The position numbers were made by a program, and so were the translations under genes. A stretch of 64,000 nt of DNA from Candidatus Latescibacterota bacterium (GTDB lineage: Bacteria > Latescibacterota > UBA2968 > GCA-2709665): the NCBI GenBank assembly GCA_963667175.2, contig CAXXXF010000006.1, positions 320,001-384,000 on the forward strand, written 5' to 3'. Of the stretch, positions 28,290 to 37,120 are shown one piece after another; within the stretch, counting starts at the first letter, position 1, and every line of letters starts with the position of its first letter. The notes under the pieces are model-generated. The model did no database searches. It saw only the letters and a program-made list of their open reading frames with translations, and had not been told where the DNA came from.

Positions 28290-30650
28290 ATGCCTTCATC
28301 CGCAGCCGAAACGTCCGCCCGTGCGGTCACGGTGATGATCTACACCCGTTACGAATATCGCAAGGTGTACGCCCGGGTCCACCTGCTCGGCGAAACCCAT
28401 CTCGCGCCAGGGGGCAAAGTGGAACTGGTTCTGTACAGCACGCGTTCCGGGGAGACAAGAGAAAGCAGAGACGTCGGCGCTGTCGGACACGACGAAGTCG
28501 CCTTCGACACCGGGGAAATCCCGTCGGGCTGCTGCGACTTCAAAGCCACGTTTATCGACCGGTTCGGTACCCGCTTTACCACCCGTACGCTGCAGGACAA
28601 GTGGCCGGGCGACTTTCCGTGGCTGGGGTCCCGCGAGGGCATCACCCGTCGGGTACCCGGACCATGGACGCCGCTGAATGCGACCGAAACCGGAGACGGC
28701 CTGGAAATCACCTGCTGGGGCAGAACGTACACCTTTTCGACAACCGCCTTCGCGGCGCAGGCGACGTCAGCCGGCAGCCAGCTGCTTGCCGGTCCCCTGA
28801 GGCCGGTCGCCCGTGTCAACGGCAAAAAGGTCCGCTGGACCGGCGGCCGTCTCGAACTGATCTCGGCGGAGAAAGACCAGGCGGTGTTTAACGTACGTTT
28901 CGAATCCTCCTCCAGCCTGACCGTGTCGGCCAGACTCGAGGTCGACTTCGACGGGACGGCGCGAGTCGACTGGTCCGTCACCGCCGGCACGATCCTGCGC
29001 CTCGACGCGCTCTCGGTTGAAATGCCCGTTGTGAAGGACCACGCGAGATACCTGTACCACTTTCCCGGAAGCTGGGGTGAAGCCAGAAACGTCGGCGCGC
29101 TGCCGAAGCGCGATCTCAAGCTGGGCTTTCGCCCGTACATCTGGCTGGGGGACGAGGACCGCGGCATCTCGCTGTTTGCGGAATCAGACGCGGGCTTTCA
29201 CGTCCGTAATCCGGGGAAAGTGACAGAAATCGTCCGCCGCAAGAACCGGGTACGGCTGCGCGTCAACTGCGTCTCGACGCCAATAAAGCTTCTTCCCGGC
29301 AGCCGCCGGGGCGGGCAGTTTACAGGCTTCGGAACCGAAGACCTCAAGCCGCTCACGCCCGGTGGGGTCGTCACGGACAACCTTCGCTACACCTTCGGAT
29401 TCCAGGCCACGCCCGTCAAGCCCGTTACGGAGGACGCCTGGGACCAACGCGTCTTCTGCATCGGCCAGTCCACAACAGGTTTCAGTTTCCGATTGGACGT
29501 GTCCGACGCCCTCCTGGACAGGTGCGTCGAGTCCGGCGTCCGGGCCGTCGTCCTCTTCGAACACTGGGCCGACGCCGAAGCGTACACCCGAACGCCCCAC
29601 GCCGCCGAAGTCCGGAAGATCGTCAGGGCCTGCAAGGAACGCGGACTTCAGATTCTGCTCTACTTCGGTTTCCTGATCTCGGACATCATCGACGAATGGC
29701 AGGCCGTGGGCAAGGACGCGCTCATCCTGCCCAAGGGCGGATATCCCGTCTTCCACTACCAGCCGCAACCCGAACAATCCGCCTGGCGGGTCTGCCTCAA
29801 CAGCCCTTGGCAGGACCTGCTCGCCGACGGCATGGCGAAGATCATGGATGAATTCGACGTCGACGGCGTCTACCTGGACGGGACCGAATATCCGTTCGGC
29901 TGCTGCAACACCGAGCACGGATGCGGGCACGTAAGGGCTGACGGCAGCATCGCCCAGACCTATCCGATCTTCAGTACGCGATCGGCGATGCGGCGCATCT
30001 ACGACGTCGTAAAGTCCCGCAAGAAAGACGGCCACGTCAACGTGCACAACTCCACCTGCATGACCATGCCCACCCTCGGATGGGCGACCGGCTACTGGGA
30101 CGGCGAGCAATTCCAGGGTGTCGGCGGCGGGGTCGACGTTGCCAAACTTCTGCCTCTGGATGCCTTCCGCGCCGAATTCATGGGCCGGCAGTGGGGCGTT
30201 CCCGCCGAATTCCTCCACGCGGGCGCCGCCTACACGTATGAACAGGCCTGGGCGTTCACGCTTCTGCACGACGTTCCCGTCCGGCCGCACAATGCGGACG
30301 ACGACCTGGATCTCGCCGCCCGGATCTGGAGGGTCATGGACGCATTCGACCGCAGAGCCGCCGATTGGATTCCCTATTGGCGAAACAAGGACCGGATCGG
30401 CGTTTCTCCAGGGAACGCACACGCCAGCATCTATCGCCACCCGGAAAACGGCGTCCTTGCGGCGATCTCCAATATGAGCGGCAAACGCCGGACCGTCACC
30501 GTCAGGTTAGACCGGAAAAAGCTGGGACTCGGGGGAACCTTGAGCGCAATGGATACACTGAAAGAAAAAACCGTCCCGATCCGGGACGGTGTCTTGGAAT
30601 TTTCTCTTTCCAGCCTGGAGTGGAAACTCATCCGGGTGGTCGATGGCTGA
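28290..30650 (+). CDS. Putative glycoside hydrolase (DUF6067/GH123-like TIM barrel)
   Basis: VPGPWTPL, WLGDEDRG, FGFQATPVKP, DGVYLDG, WDGEQF, LLHDV, WIPYW. Confidence 0.7.
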   Translation: MPSSAAETSARAVTVMIYTRYEYRKVYARVHLLGETHLAPGGKVELVLYSTRSGETRESRDVGAVGHDEVAFDTGEIPSGCCDFKATFIDRFGTRFTTRTLQDKWPGDFPWLGSREGITRRVPGPWTPLNATETGDGLEITCWGRTYTFSTTAFAAQATSAGSQLLAGPLRPVARVNGKKVRWTGGRLELISAEKDQAVFNVRFESSSSLTVSARLEVDFDGTARVDWSVTAGTILRLDALSVEMPVVKDHARYLYHFPGSWGEARNVGALPKRDLKLGFRPYIWLGDEDRGISLFAESDAGFHVRNPGKVTEIVRRKNRVRLRVNCVSTPIKLLPGSRRGGQFTGFGTEDLKPLTPGGVVTDNLRYTFGFQATPVKPVTEDAWDQRVFCIGQSTTGFSFRLDVSDALLDRCVESGVRAVVLFEHWADAEAYTRTPHAAEVRKIVRACKERGLQILLYFGFLISDIIDEWQAVGKDALILPKGGYPVFHYQPQPEQSAWRVCLNSPWQDLLADGMAKIMDEFDVDGVYLDGTEYPFGCCNTEHGCGHVRADGSIAQTYPIFSTRSAMRRIYDVVKSRKKDGHVNVHNSTCMTMPTLGWATGYWDGEQFQGVGGGVDVAKLLPLDAFRAEFMGRQWGVPAEFLHAGAAYTYEQAWAFTLLHDVPVRPHNADDDLDLAARIWRVMDAFDRRAADWIPYWRNKDRIGVSPGNAHASIYRHPENGVLAAISNMSGKRRTVTVRLDRKKLGLGGTLSAMDTLKEKTVPIRDGVLEFSLSSLEWKLIRVVDG

Positions 30651-30658
30651 ACGGCGTT

Positions 30659-31639
30659 TCAGGATTCATTGACTGCCTGCAACAGGGCGTGGATGTACCC
30701 GTAGGTATAGGCGAATGCGACTTGAGCCGATGCCTCGCCCGATATTCCGGGGACGTGATCCGGCATGATCATATACTCGTAACCCACCTCCCTGAACGTC
30801 CGCAACGCTTTCAGCATGTCCACGTCGCCTTCGTCGGGAAATACCTCCACAAAGTCCCGGAATCCGCCCCGTATATTTCGAAAGTGCAGGTTGAAGATTT
30901 TCTTGCGGCGGCCGAACCAGCGGATAATCTCGTAGATTTCCTCGCCGGGGTCTTCGAGGCTCTCCGAAATCGTGCCGAGACAGAAATTCAGACCATTGTA
31001 AGGGCTGTCGTATGTCTCGACGAACCTCTTCAACCCGTCCACCATGCCCATCACCCGGGCGACGCCCCGGTACGTGACGTCCCCTATTCCCGGGTCGGAT
31101 GGATGACAGGCCATCTGGATCCGGTATTCTTCGGCCACCGGCATTATACGTCCGAGCCAGTATTCGATACGTTCCCACATCGTATCGGCATCGGCCGCCC
31201 CGCCTTCGAACGCTCCCAGCGTCTGGTCCAGTTTTGTGTATTCAAACGAGGATAGCCGCGCCCCGCCGCGGCCGGTTCTGGACCCGGTCCGGAGGTGACC
31301 GAGTATGGTTACGTTGTAGTTCAAGCCGCGAAGCCCCGCTTTCGAGGCCATCCTCACGATTTCGCACAGGCGGTCGATCTGCCGTTCCCGTTCATCGCTC
31401 GGGCCCAGGAAGACGGCGCCCGCCGGATTCCTGAAGGCGCTGCCCGATCCGAGCGGGATGTGAATCATCTCGAGATTGATGCCGTACCTGTCAAATCGCT
31501 CGCGCATCCGGATGAGCATCTCCGCCGACCAGTCGGTCCATGGCGCCGACGGCGTCTGGTCTACGTGATACACACCCAGTTGCGACAGGACTTCGATGTC
31601 GGTATCATGCCGGCATCCGACTTGCGTCCCTATGTACAT
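30659..31639 (-). CDS. Mannonate dehydratase (UxuA)-like protein
   Basis: MACHPSDP, NGLNFCLGT, HFRNIRG..FVEVFPDEGDVDM, MPDHVP, FAYTYGY. Start ATG 31639 behind GAGGA. Confidence 0.85.
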   Translation of the reverse strand: MYIGTQVGCRHDTDIEVLSQLGVYHVDQTPSAPWTDWSAEMLIRMRERFDRYGINLEMIHIPLGSGSAFRNPAGAVFLGPSDERERQIDRLCEIVRMASKAGLRGLNYNVTILGHLRTGSRTGRGGARLSSFEYTKLDQTLGAFEGGAADADTMWERIEYWLGRIMPVAEEYRIQMACHPSDPGIGDVTYRGVARVMGMVDGLKRFVETYDSPYNGLNFCLGTISESLEDPGEEIYEIIRWFGRRKKIFNLHFRNIRGGFRDFVEVFPDEGDVDMLKALRTFREVGYEYMIMPDHVPGISGEASAQVAFAYTYGYIHALLQAVNES

Positions 31640-31676
31640 TCTTGAATCCTCTCGATGGAATCCACAGAACCTGGCA

Positions 31677-32555
31677 TTACAGCACGCCGATCGTCGGGCG
31701 GGACGGCATCGCAGCGGCAAACTGCGCCACGCTCTCCCATGGCGGTTTCAGCGCATGCCGGGAGGCGACGGGCTCGGGCTGCCGATAGCGCACGTGCACG
31801 GTGTGTCGTGGACGGGACGTGTGCCTGACGGATCCGCAGTGGTAGCTGCAATTGTTGAACAACACAGCCGTTCCCGCGCGACCGTATATATCGACACGAC
31901 CCGTGCGCCGGGTCAGTTCGCGTCCGAAAGCATCCACCCAGACGGGACGCTCCGGATCGACGTAACTCACGTCGGCGTCGTCGATGCGCAGCCGATCCCG
32001 CGCGCCCCAGCCGCTGCTGCCGGTATGCGTTTTCGGCAGACTTCGCTTGGTCTCGACGCTTTCCGGAATGATGCTGAAGCAGTGGGATTCGTCGTCGACG
32101 TCATCCATGTAGAAGATCGCCTGGAGCGCCGGGACGAAAAACTCGTTCTGGTCTGCGCCTTCCACGTTTCCGCTGTCTTCACGATGCCACACGCGCGTGA
32201 GACACAGCGGGTCGTCACCGTCCGGATCGTCGGTGGGGTTGACGTCACAGGGTTCACGCCTGAGAAACGTCAAACCGGACAGCCCGGCGCCCGGACCCAG
32301 GATACGTCGGACAAGGGGCGCGATTGAGGGATGGCAGACCAGCCCGTCCAGGGCCTCCGTCCGGTGGAGGAGTTCGGGCGCGTCGCAGCCCACGGACAGA
32401 TGACCGGACGCGGTGGGAGACGGCTCCCAGAATTCCGGATGCGCGTCGCGGTCCGCGGCGATTCCCTCGTTGACCCGGGCAACCTCTTCATCGGTCAGTG
32501 CGTCCGGGACGACGATATAACCGTTTTCTCTGAAAAACCCGATCGTTTCTTCCAT
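31677..32555 (-). CDS. Phytanoyl-CoA dioxygenase (PhyH) family Fe(II)/2OG oxygenase
   Basis: FRENGYIVVPDAL, WHRED, IIPES, AGTAVLFNNCSYH. Start ATG 32555. Confidence 0.82.
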   Translation of the reverse strand: MEETIGFFRENGYIVVPDALTDEEVARVNEGIAADRDAHPEFWEPSPTASGHLSVGCDAPELLHRTEALDGLVCHPSIAPLVRRILGPGAGLSGLTFLRREPCDVNPTDDPDGDDPLCLTRVWHREDSGNVEGADQNEFFVPALQAIFYMDDVDDESHCFSIIPESVETKRSLPKTHTGSSGWGARDRLRIDDADVSYVDPERPVWVDAFGRELTRRTGRVDIYGRAGTAVLFNNCSYHCGSVRHTSRPRHTVHVRYRQPEPVASRHALKPPWESVAQFAAAMPSRPTIGVL

Positions 32556-32768
32556 GGATATCTTCCCTCTCGCTACCGGTTCAGCCCGGAGCATCCAGGG
32601 GTTCGTCCCCGAACGTTCGTTCTGAGCGTTCCGACCGTTGGAGGAACCGCAACCCGTTTATTGAGAGCCTTCGCCCGTTACAACCACGGGTGCCAACGAG
32701 ATGAATAGATAACAACGAGCGGGCATAAGTCAAGGCAAAAACCGCTGCAGCCGCCGTGCGCAAGGATG

Positions 32769-32797
32769 TTGCCGGGTGGTCATGCGATGGATATATT
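32769..32797 (+). promoter_or_regulatory. Sigma70-type promoter
   Basis: TTGCCG, 17 bp, TATATT, in the divergent intergenic region. Confidence 0.45.
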
Positions 32798-32916
32798 GTA
32801 CGCCGCTCAGCCATCACTGACCGCCATTCTCAAAACCAAGGCGGTGGAAGCACAGTAGGACCACCGGGCAGCCTGTTATTCGACTCCGATTGCCCGAAAC
32901 CGCAAGAGGGGCCCCG

Positions 32917-34479
32917 ATGTCCAGACTTCGGAACGTCAACACGACCGATATCGCGGATGCCATCCGCCTGGGCTGCCGCACGATGTGCAACGTGTTCAAC
33001 GCGGATGACGACAATGTCCCCTTCTTCGGTTCCAGGGTGCTCCCGGAAGCGCGGTTGAGCTTCAGTCCCGTGCATTCCGAATCACACGTTCCCGGGCGCC
33101 ACCTGAACGCATTGCTCAACGCCGAAGATGCGATCGGGATCGAACTGGACGAGCGCTGCATCGACAACCACGCCAGCGCCGCCTTTCTTGCGTACAGCGG
33201 GCCCGTTGCCCTGCCGATCAACCGGGACGAGGCTGGGGGACCGCCAGTCAACTTCACGCCGCATAACTGCCGGGAAGGATTCCATGCGTTGTACCCCCTG
33301 GTCCGTTTCAGACATTCCGAACGCGCCAGGGAGTTCGCCGAAGCCAGTATCCGCGCAATTTTGAAAACCTGGAGTCCGATGGCCGGCTGGGACTACGATA
33401 CCCTCGAAGACGAACTGGGACTCCGTGTCCACCGCTCCACCTACGTCGTCGGGCTCGGACGTTCCATCGGACCACTGATGAAATACTATAAGGCGACGGG
33501 ATACGGCGCCGCACTCGACCTGGCTATCGTCCTGAAGGACAAGGCGCTGGAGTTTTTCACCGAGAGCGGGGACTACAACCGCGAGACCTTCGGTTCGCAT
33601 ACGCACTCCACCACGTGCGTGATGTCTTCCCTCGCCCAGTTCGCCGAACTGACGGCTGACGCCCACCTGATGCGCCGTGTAAAAGCCTTCTACGACAACG
33701 GTCTCCGCGAATTCACCGATCCGCTCGGTTGGGTCATCGAAAACAGCGGAGACGAAGCGCCGGCCGACCGGGGAGAAATCAACAACTCCGGCGACATACT
33801 GGAAACCGCGCTCATCCTCGGCCGATGGGGATATCCCGAGTATTATGGCGACGCGGAACGCATTCTTCGGTCCCATATTCTGCCTTCCCAGCTGCGCGAC
33901 GTGTCGTTTATCAGTGACCAGCCCAATCCCGAGGGTGAGGACGGCAAACGGGCCGTGGCCGATCGTCACCTGGGAGCTTTCGGCTTTCCTGCCCCCTACG
34001 GGCACCATCCGATCGACGTGGAAACGATCAGTTTCAACATGGACATCGTGGGCGGCGGTGTGGCCTCACTCTGTGAGGCCTACCGGGAAATTGTTCGTAC
34101 CGACGGAGCGGGCCACCGCGTCAATCTGCTGTTCGATCACGATTCGCCGGCACTGAGGATCGAATCCCCCTATACGCATCCGGCGCTGCGCGTCCGCGTA
34201 AAACGCGCCGGGCCACTGTTCGTACGTATCCCCTCATGGGTGGATGCATCACAAATCAACGTTCGCGGCGCGCGGGAGGGGCCGCGGCAAACGAACGGCT
34301 ATCTCTATATCGCCCGCCCTCCGCTCAACCGTACCATGACGTTCGAGTTTCCGCTCACCGAACGGGAAATCGTCCTGGACCACCGTACCCGGCAAATCCG
34401 CGCGAGGCTGCGGGGAGACGAAGTCGTGGCGATGGACAACTTCGGCGCGGACCTGACGTTTTTCGATCCGTACGAGTAA
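32917..34479 (+). CDS. Hypothetical (alpha/alpha)6-barrel protein, GH127-like
   Basis: HTHSTT, RGEINNSGD, DAERILRSH, C-terminal beta-sandwich VNLLFD...LFVRIPSW. Start ATG 32917. Confidence 0.6.
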   Translation: MSRLRNVNTTDIADAIRLGCRTMCNVFNADDDNVPFFGSRVLPEARLSFSPVHSESHVPGRHLNALLNAEDAIGIELDERCIDNHASAAFLAYSGPVALPINRDEAGGPPVNFTPHNCREGFHALYPLVRFRHSERAREFAEASIRAILKTWSPMAGWDYDTLEDELGLRVHRSTYVVGLGRSIGPLMKYYKATGYGAALDLAIVLKDKALEFFTESGDYNRETFGSHTHSTTCVMSSLAQFAELTADAHLMRRVKAFYDNGLREFTDPLGWVIENSGDEAPADRGEINNSGDILETALILGRWGYPEYYGDAERILRSHILPSQLRDVSFISDQPNPEGEDGKRAVADRHLGAFGFPAPYGHHPIDVETISFNMDIVGGGVASLCEAYREIVRTDGAGHRVNLLFDHDSPALRIESPYTHPALRVRVKRAGPLFVRIPSWVDASQINVRGAREGPRQTNGYLYIARPPLNRTMTFEFPLTEREIVLDHRTRQIRARLRGDEVVAMDNFGADLTFFDPYE

Positions 34480-34569
34480 ACCCACCGACGATAAACCGGA
34501 TAGCCGTCGTCGCGACGCCAACGTCCCTGGCCTACCGGGACAGGACCGCGCCACGGAAAGGAGCAAGAT

Positions 34570-35664
34570 TTGAAGATTACCCACGTCAGCGCCACCCCGA
34601 TCCGCGTACCGCGCCCGCAGACCTTCAGCAGCAGCCTCGGGCGCAGCCAGGAGACCGAGAACGCGATCGTCGAAATACAGACAGACGAAGGCATTACCGG
34701 GGTTGGCGAAGTGTGCAGCATCTGGGACCGCAAGGGCCGCGGTCAGGCCGAAGATATCAACGACCTGCTCGCGGCGGCGCTCTCGGGCCGGGACCCATTC
34801 CGCATCGCTGAGATCCACGCGCTGATGAACAGCCTGTTGCATCGCTCCGAACCGGCGAAGGCCGGTGTGGACATGGCCCTGTACGACATCGTCGGCAAAG
34901 CGCTTGACACGCCGGTCTACAACCTGCTGGGCGGGCTGGTGCGGGACCGCGTCCTGCTCAGCCATTCGCTGTCCATGGGCGAACCGGATCAGATCGCCGA
35001 ACAGGCCGCCGCGCTCGCGAATCGGGGATACCGGACGCTCAAGGCGAAGATCGGGATGGACCCGGAAGCCGATCTCGCCACAGTCAAGGCCATTCGCGAG
35101 GGCGTGGGAAACGACGTCGTCCTGCGCGTGGACGCCAACATGGGCTGGCGCAACGCCAAAGAGGCCGTCCGAAACATCAAGAGCATCGAACCCTTCCGGC
35201 TCGAACTGGTGGAGCAGCCGCTTCACTTCAGCGACCTGGAGGGTCTGCGGCACATCCGGGATCACGTAGACACACCCATAATGGCGGACGAGAGCGTCTG
35301 GACGCCGACCGACGCGATGGCATGCATCAAGGCCGCAGCCGTGGACGTCTTCAATGTCTACGTGGCCGAAGCCGGAGGCATCTATCCCGCCGCGCAGATC
35401 TTCGCCATTGCCGAAGCCACCCGGCTGCCCTGCATCATCGGGAGCATGCCCGAACTGGGTATCGGGACCTCCGCCCAGGCTCACCTCGCGTTTGCCATGC
35501 GAAACCTGGGGTACGCCAGCGACGTGAACGGCTTCGTGTACCACGCGGACGACGTCATCCTCGAAACCCTGAAGATAGAGGACGGCCACCTTCTGCCGCC
35601 GCCGGGACCGGGGCTGGGCGTGAGCCTGGACCGGGATAAAATGGAGAAATATCGGATCGTGTGA
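34570..35664 (+). CDS. Enolase superfamily, mandelate racemase/muconate lactonizing (MLE subgroup) enzyme
   Basis: TDEGITGVGE, DMALYDIVGK, LKAKIG (KxK), metal ligands DAN/EQP/DES, GPGLG. TTG start with RBS AAGGAG. Confidence 0.9.
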   Translation: MKITHVSATPIRVPRPQTFSSSLGRSQETENAIVEIQTDEGITGVGEVCSIWDRKGRGQAEDINDLLAAALSGRDPFRIAEIHALMNSLLHRSEPAKAGVDMALYDIVGKALDTPVYNLLGGLVRDRVLLSHSLSMGEPDQIAEQAAALANRGYRTLKAKIGMDPEADLATVKAIREGVGNDVVLRVDANMGWRNAKEAVRNIKSIEPFRLELVEQPLHFSDLEGLRHIRDHVDTPIMADESVWTPTDAMACIKAAAVDVFNVYVAEAGGIYPAAQIFAIAEATRLPCIIGSMPELGIGTSAQAHLAFAMRNLGYASDVNGFVYHADDVILETLKIEDGHLLPPPGPGLGVSLDRDKMEKYRIV

Positions 35665-35706
35665 ACCCGTGTCCCGATCTCCTTCAAATGAAACCTGGAG
35701 CACGCC

Positions 35707-37041
35707 ATGACAAACGCCAGAGCCGGATGGGCCGAAGTAGAAACCACACCGCCACTCGGATTGCCCATGGGAGGACGCGGCCCGCGTTTTACACCCGGCG
35801 CACACATCCTGGACCCGCTCTACGCACAGGCCACCGTACTGGAAGATTCCAGGGGAAAGAGGACTCTTTGGATATCCGCAGACCTCATCGGGCTCGCGCC
35901 GGTGATCGCGGAACCTCTCCGGTACGACCTCTCCGCGCTCACCGGGATTCCCATCGAAGCCGTTGTCCTGAATTTCTCGCACACCCACAGCGGTCCCATG
36001 GGCGGCTTTGAAGGCTACGCCACAACAGTGCCGAAGCCGCGCGAACTCCACGCGTATGACGAGTCCCTTTGCCGAAACATCGTTCGTGCGGCGCTCGAAG
36101 CGGCGGGCAACCTTCAACCGGTTGCTGTAACCGAGTACCGGGCCGCGTCGGCGGTGGGCATCAACCGCCGCGGGAAGAACCCGTCGGGTGAGATTCGGAT
36201 GGGGCCCAATCCGGATGGCGCGCACAACCCGGACCTGTGGCTGATCGACGTTTCGGCGACGGAGAGCGACAACCGGTGTGTTCTATTCAGCTACGGATGC
36301 CATCCGGTGATTGTCTACGGTTACGCCTGGGACGGCATCTCGGCCGACTATCCCGGGGTTTGCCGCGCCGCGCTCCGGTCGGAACTCGGCGCGAACGTCC
36401 AGTGCCAATTCATCCAGGGCCTCGCGGGAAATATCAGGCCCCGCGTTCTGGCCGATCCGGACCAGGGCACATTCCGAAAGTCAACGCCCGCCGACACCGA
36501 GGCCGCGGGAACTGAACTCGCACGCGATATTATCGGCGCACTTCGCAACAAGGGCACGCCGTTGGATCTGGACGTCGCGGCGGTTCAGGGACGATTCCTC
36601 GCCCCGCGCGATCAGACGAAAATACCGCCCGTGGACCACTGGCGGTCGCTCCTGGATTCGGAAGATGAACTCAGCCGGAATCTGGCCGGCTACTGGGTCG
36701 CGCGGCTCGAGAGCGGCGTTCCGCCGGTCAAGGTGGTGCCCTGGCCGGTGGGTCTGATAAGGCTCTCGGAAAGACGCCGGATCGCCTGGATCGCGGGCGA
36801 GGTCCTGGCCGAATGGCTGGACCTCGTGAGAACCTGGCTCAACGATCCCGACCTGATCGCCTGGGGCTACTGCCAGGAGGGGCGGGGCTATCTGCCCACC
36901 GACGAACTCCTGCCGGAAGGTGGATACGAGGTCGACCGTGCCAACACGTACACCGTCACCGGACCCGGTCCCTTCTCGCAAGGACTCGATGCGGCGGCGC
37001 GGGAGACCTTTCTTTCGCTGGCCCGTCAACTCCGGATCTGA
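35707..37041 (+). CDS. Neutral/alkaline ceramidase N-terminal-domain family hydrolase
   Basis: DPLYAQA, SHTHSGP, INRR, YGCHP, SADYPG, QGLAGNI, YLPT..GGYE. Confidence 0.82.
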   Translation: MTNARAGWAEVETTPPLGLPMGGRGPRFTPGAHILDPLYAQATVLEDSRGKRTLWISADLIGLAPVIAEPLRYDLSALTGIPIEAVVLNFSHTHSGPMGGFEGYATTVPKPRELHAYDESLCRNIVRAALEAAGNLQPVAVTEYRAASAVGINRRGKNPSGEIRMGPNPDGAHNPDLWLIDVSATESDNRCVLFSYGCHPVIVYGYAWDGISADYPGVCRAALRSELGANVQCQFIQGLAGNIRPRVLADPDQGTFRKSTPADTEAAGTELARDIIGALRNKGTPLDLDVAAVQGRFLAPRDQTKIPPVDHWRSLLDSEDELSRNLAGYWVARLESGVPPVKVVPWPVGLIRLSERRRIAWIAGEVLAEWLDLVRTWLNDPDLIAWGYCQEGRGYLPTDELLPEGGYEVDRANTYTVTGPGPFSQGLDAAARETFLSLARQLRI

Positions 37042-37120
37042 TTCTCCGCCGGAACTGTGTCCCTGAGCGGGCCGCCAGACAACGCGCCTTGAAGCGTTAC
37101 CAACACTCGCCGAAACAGAA

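Noticed and set aside
35707-37041. Ceramidase-like gene as evidence for sphingolipid metabolism linked to the lipid cluster
   Set aside because: The family is broad, and the gene sits in a separate opposite-strand catabolic operon.
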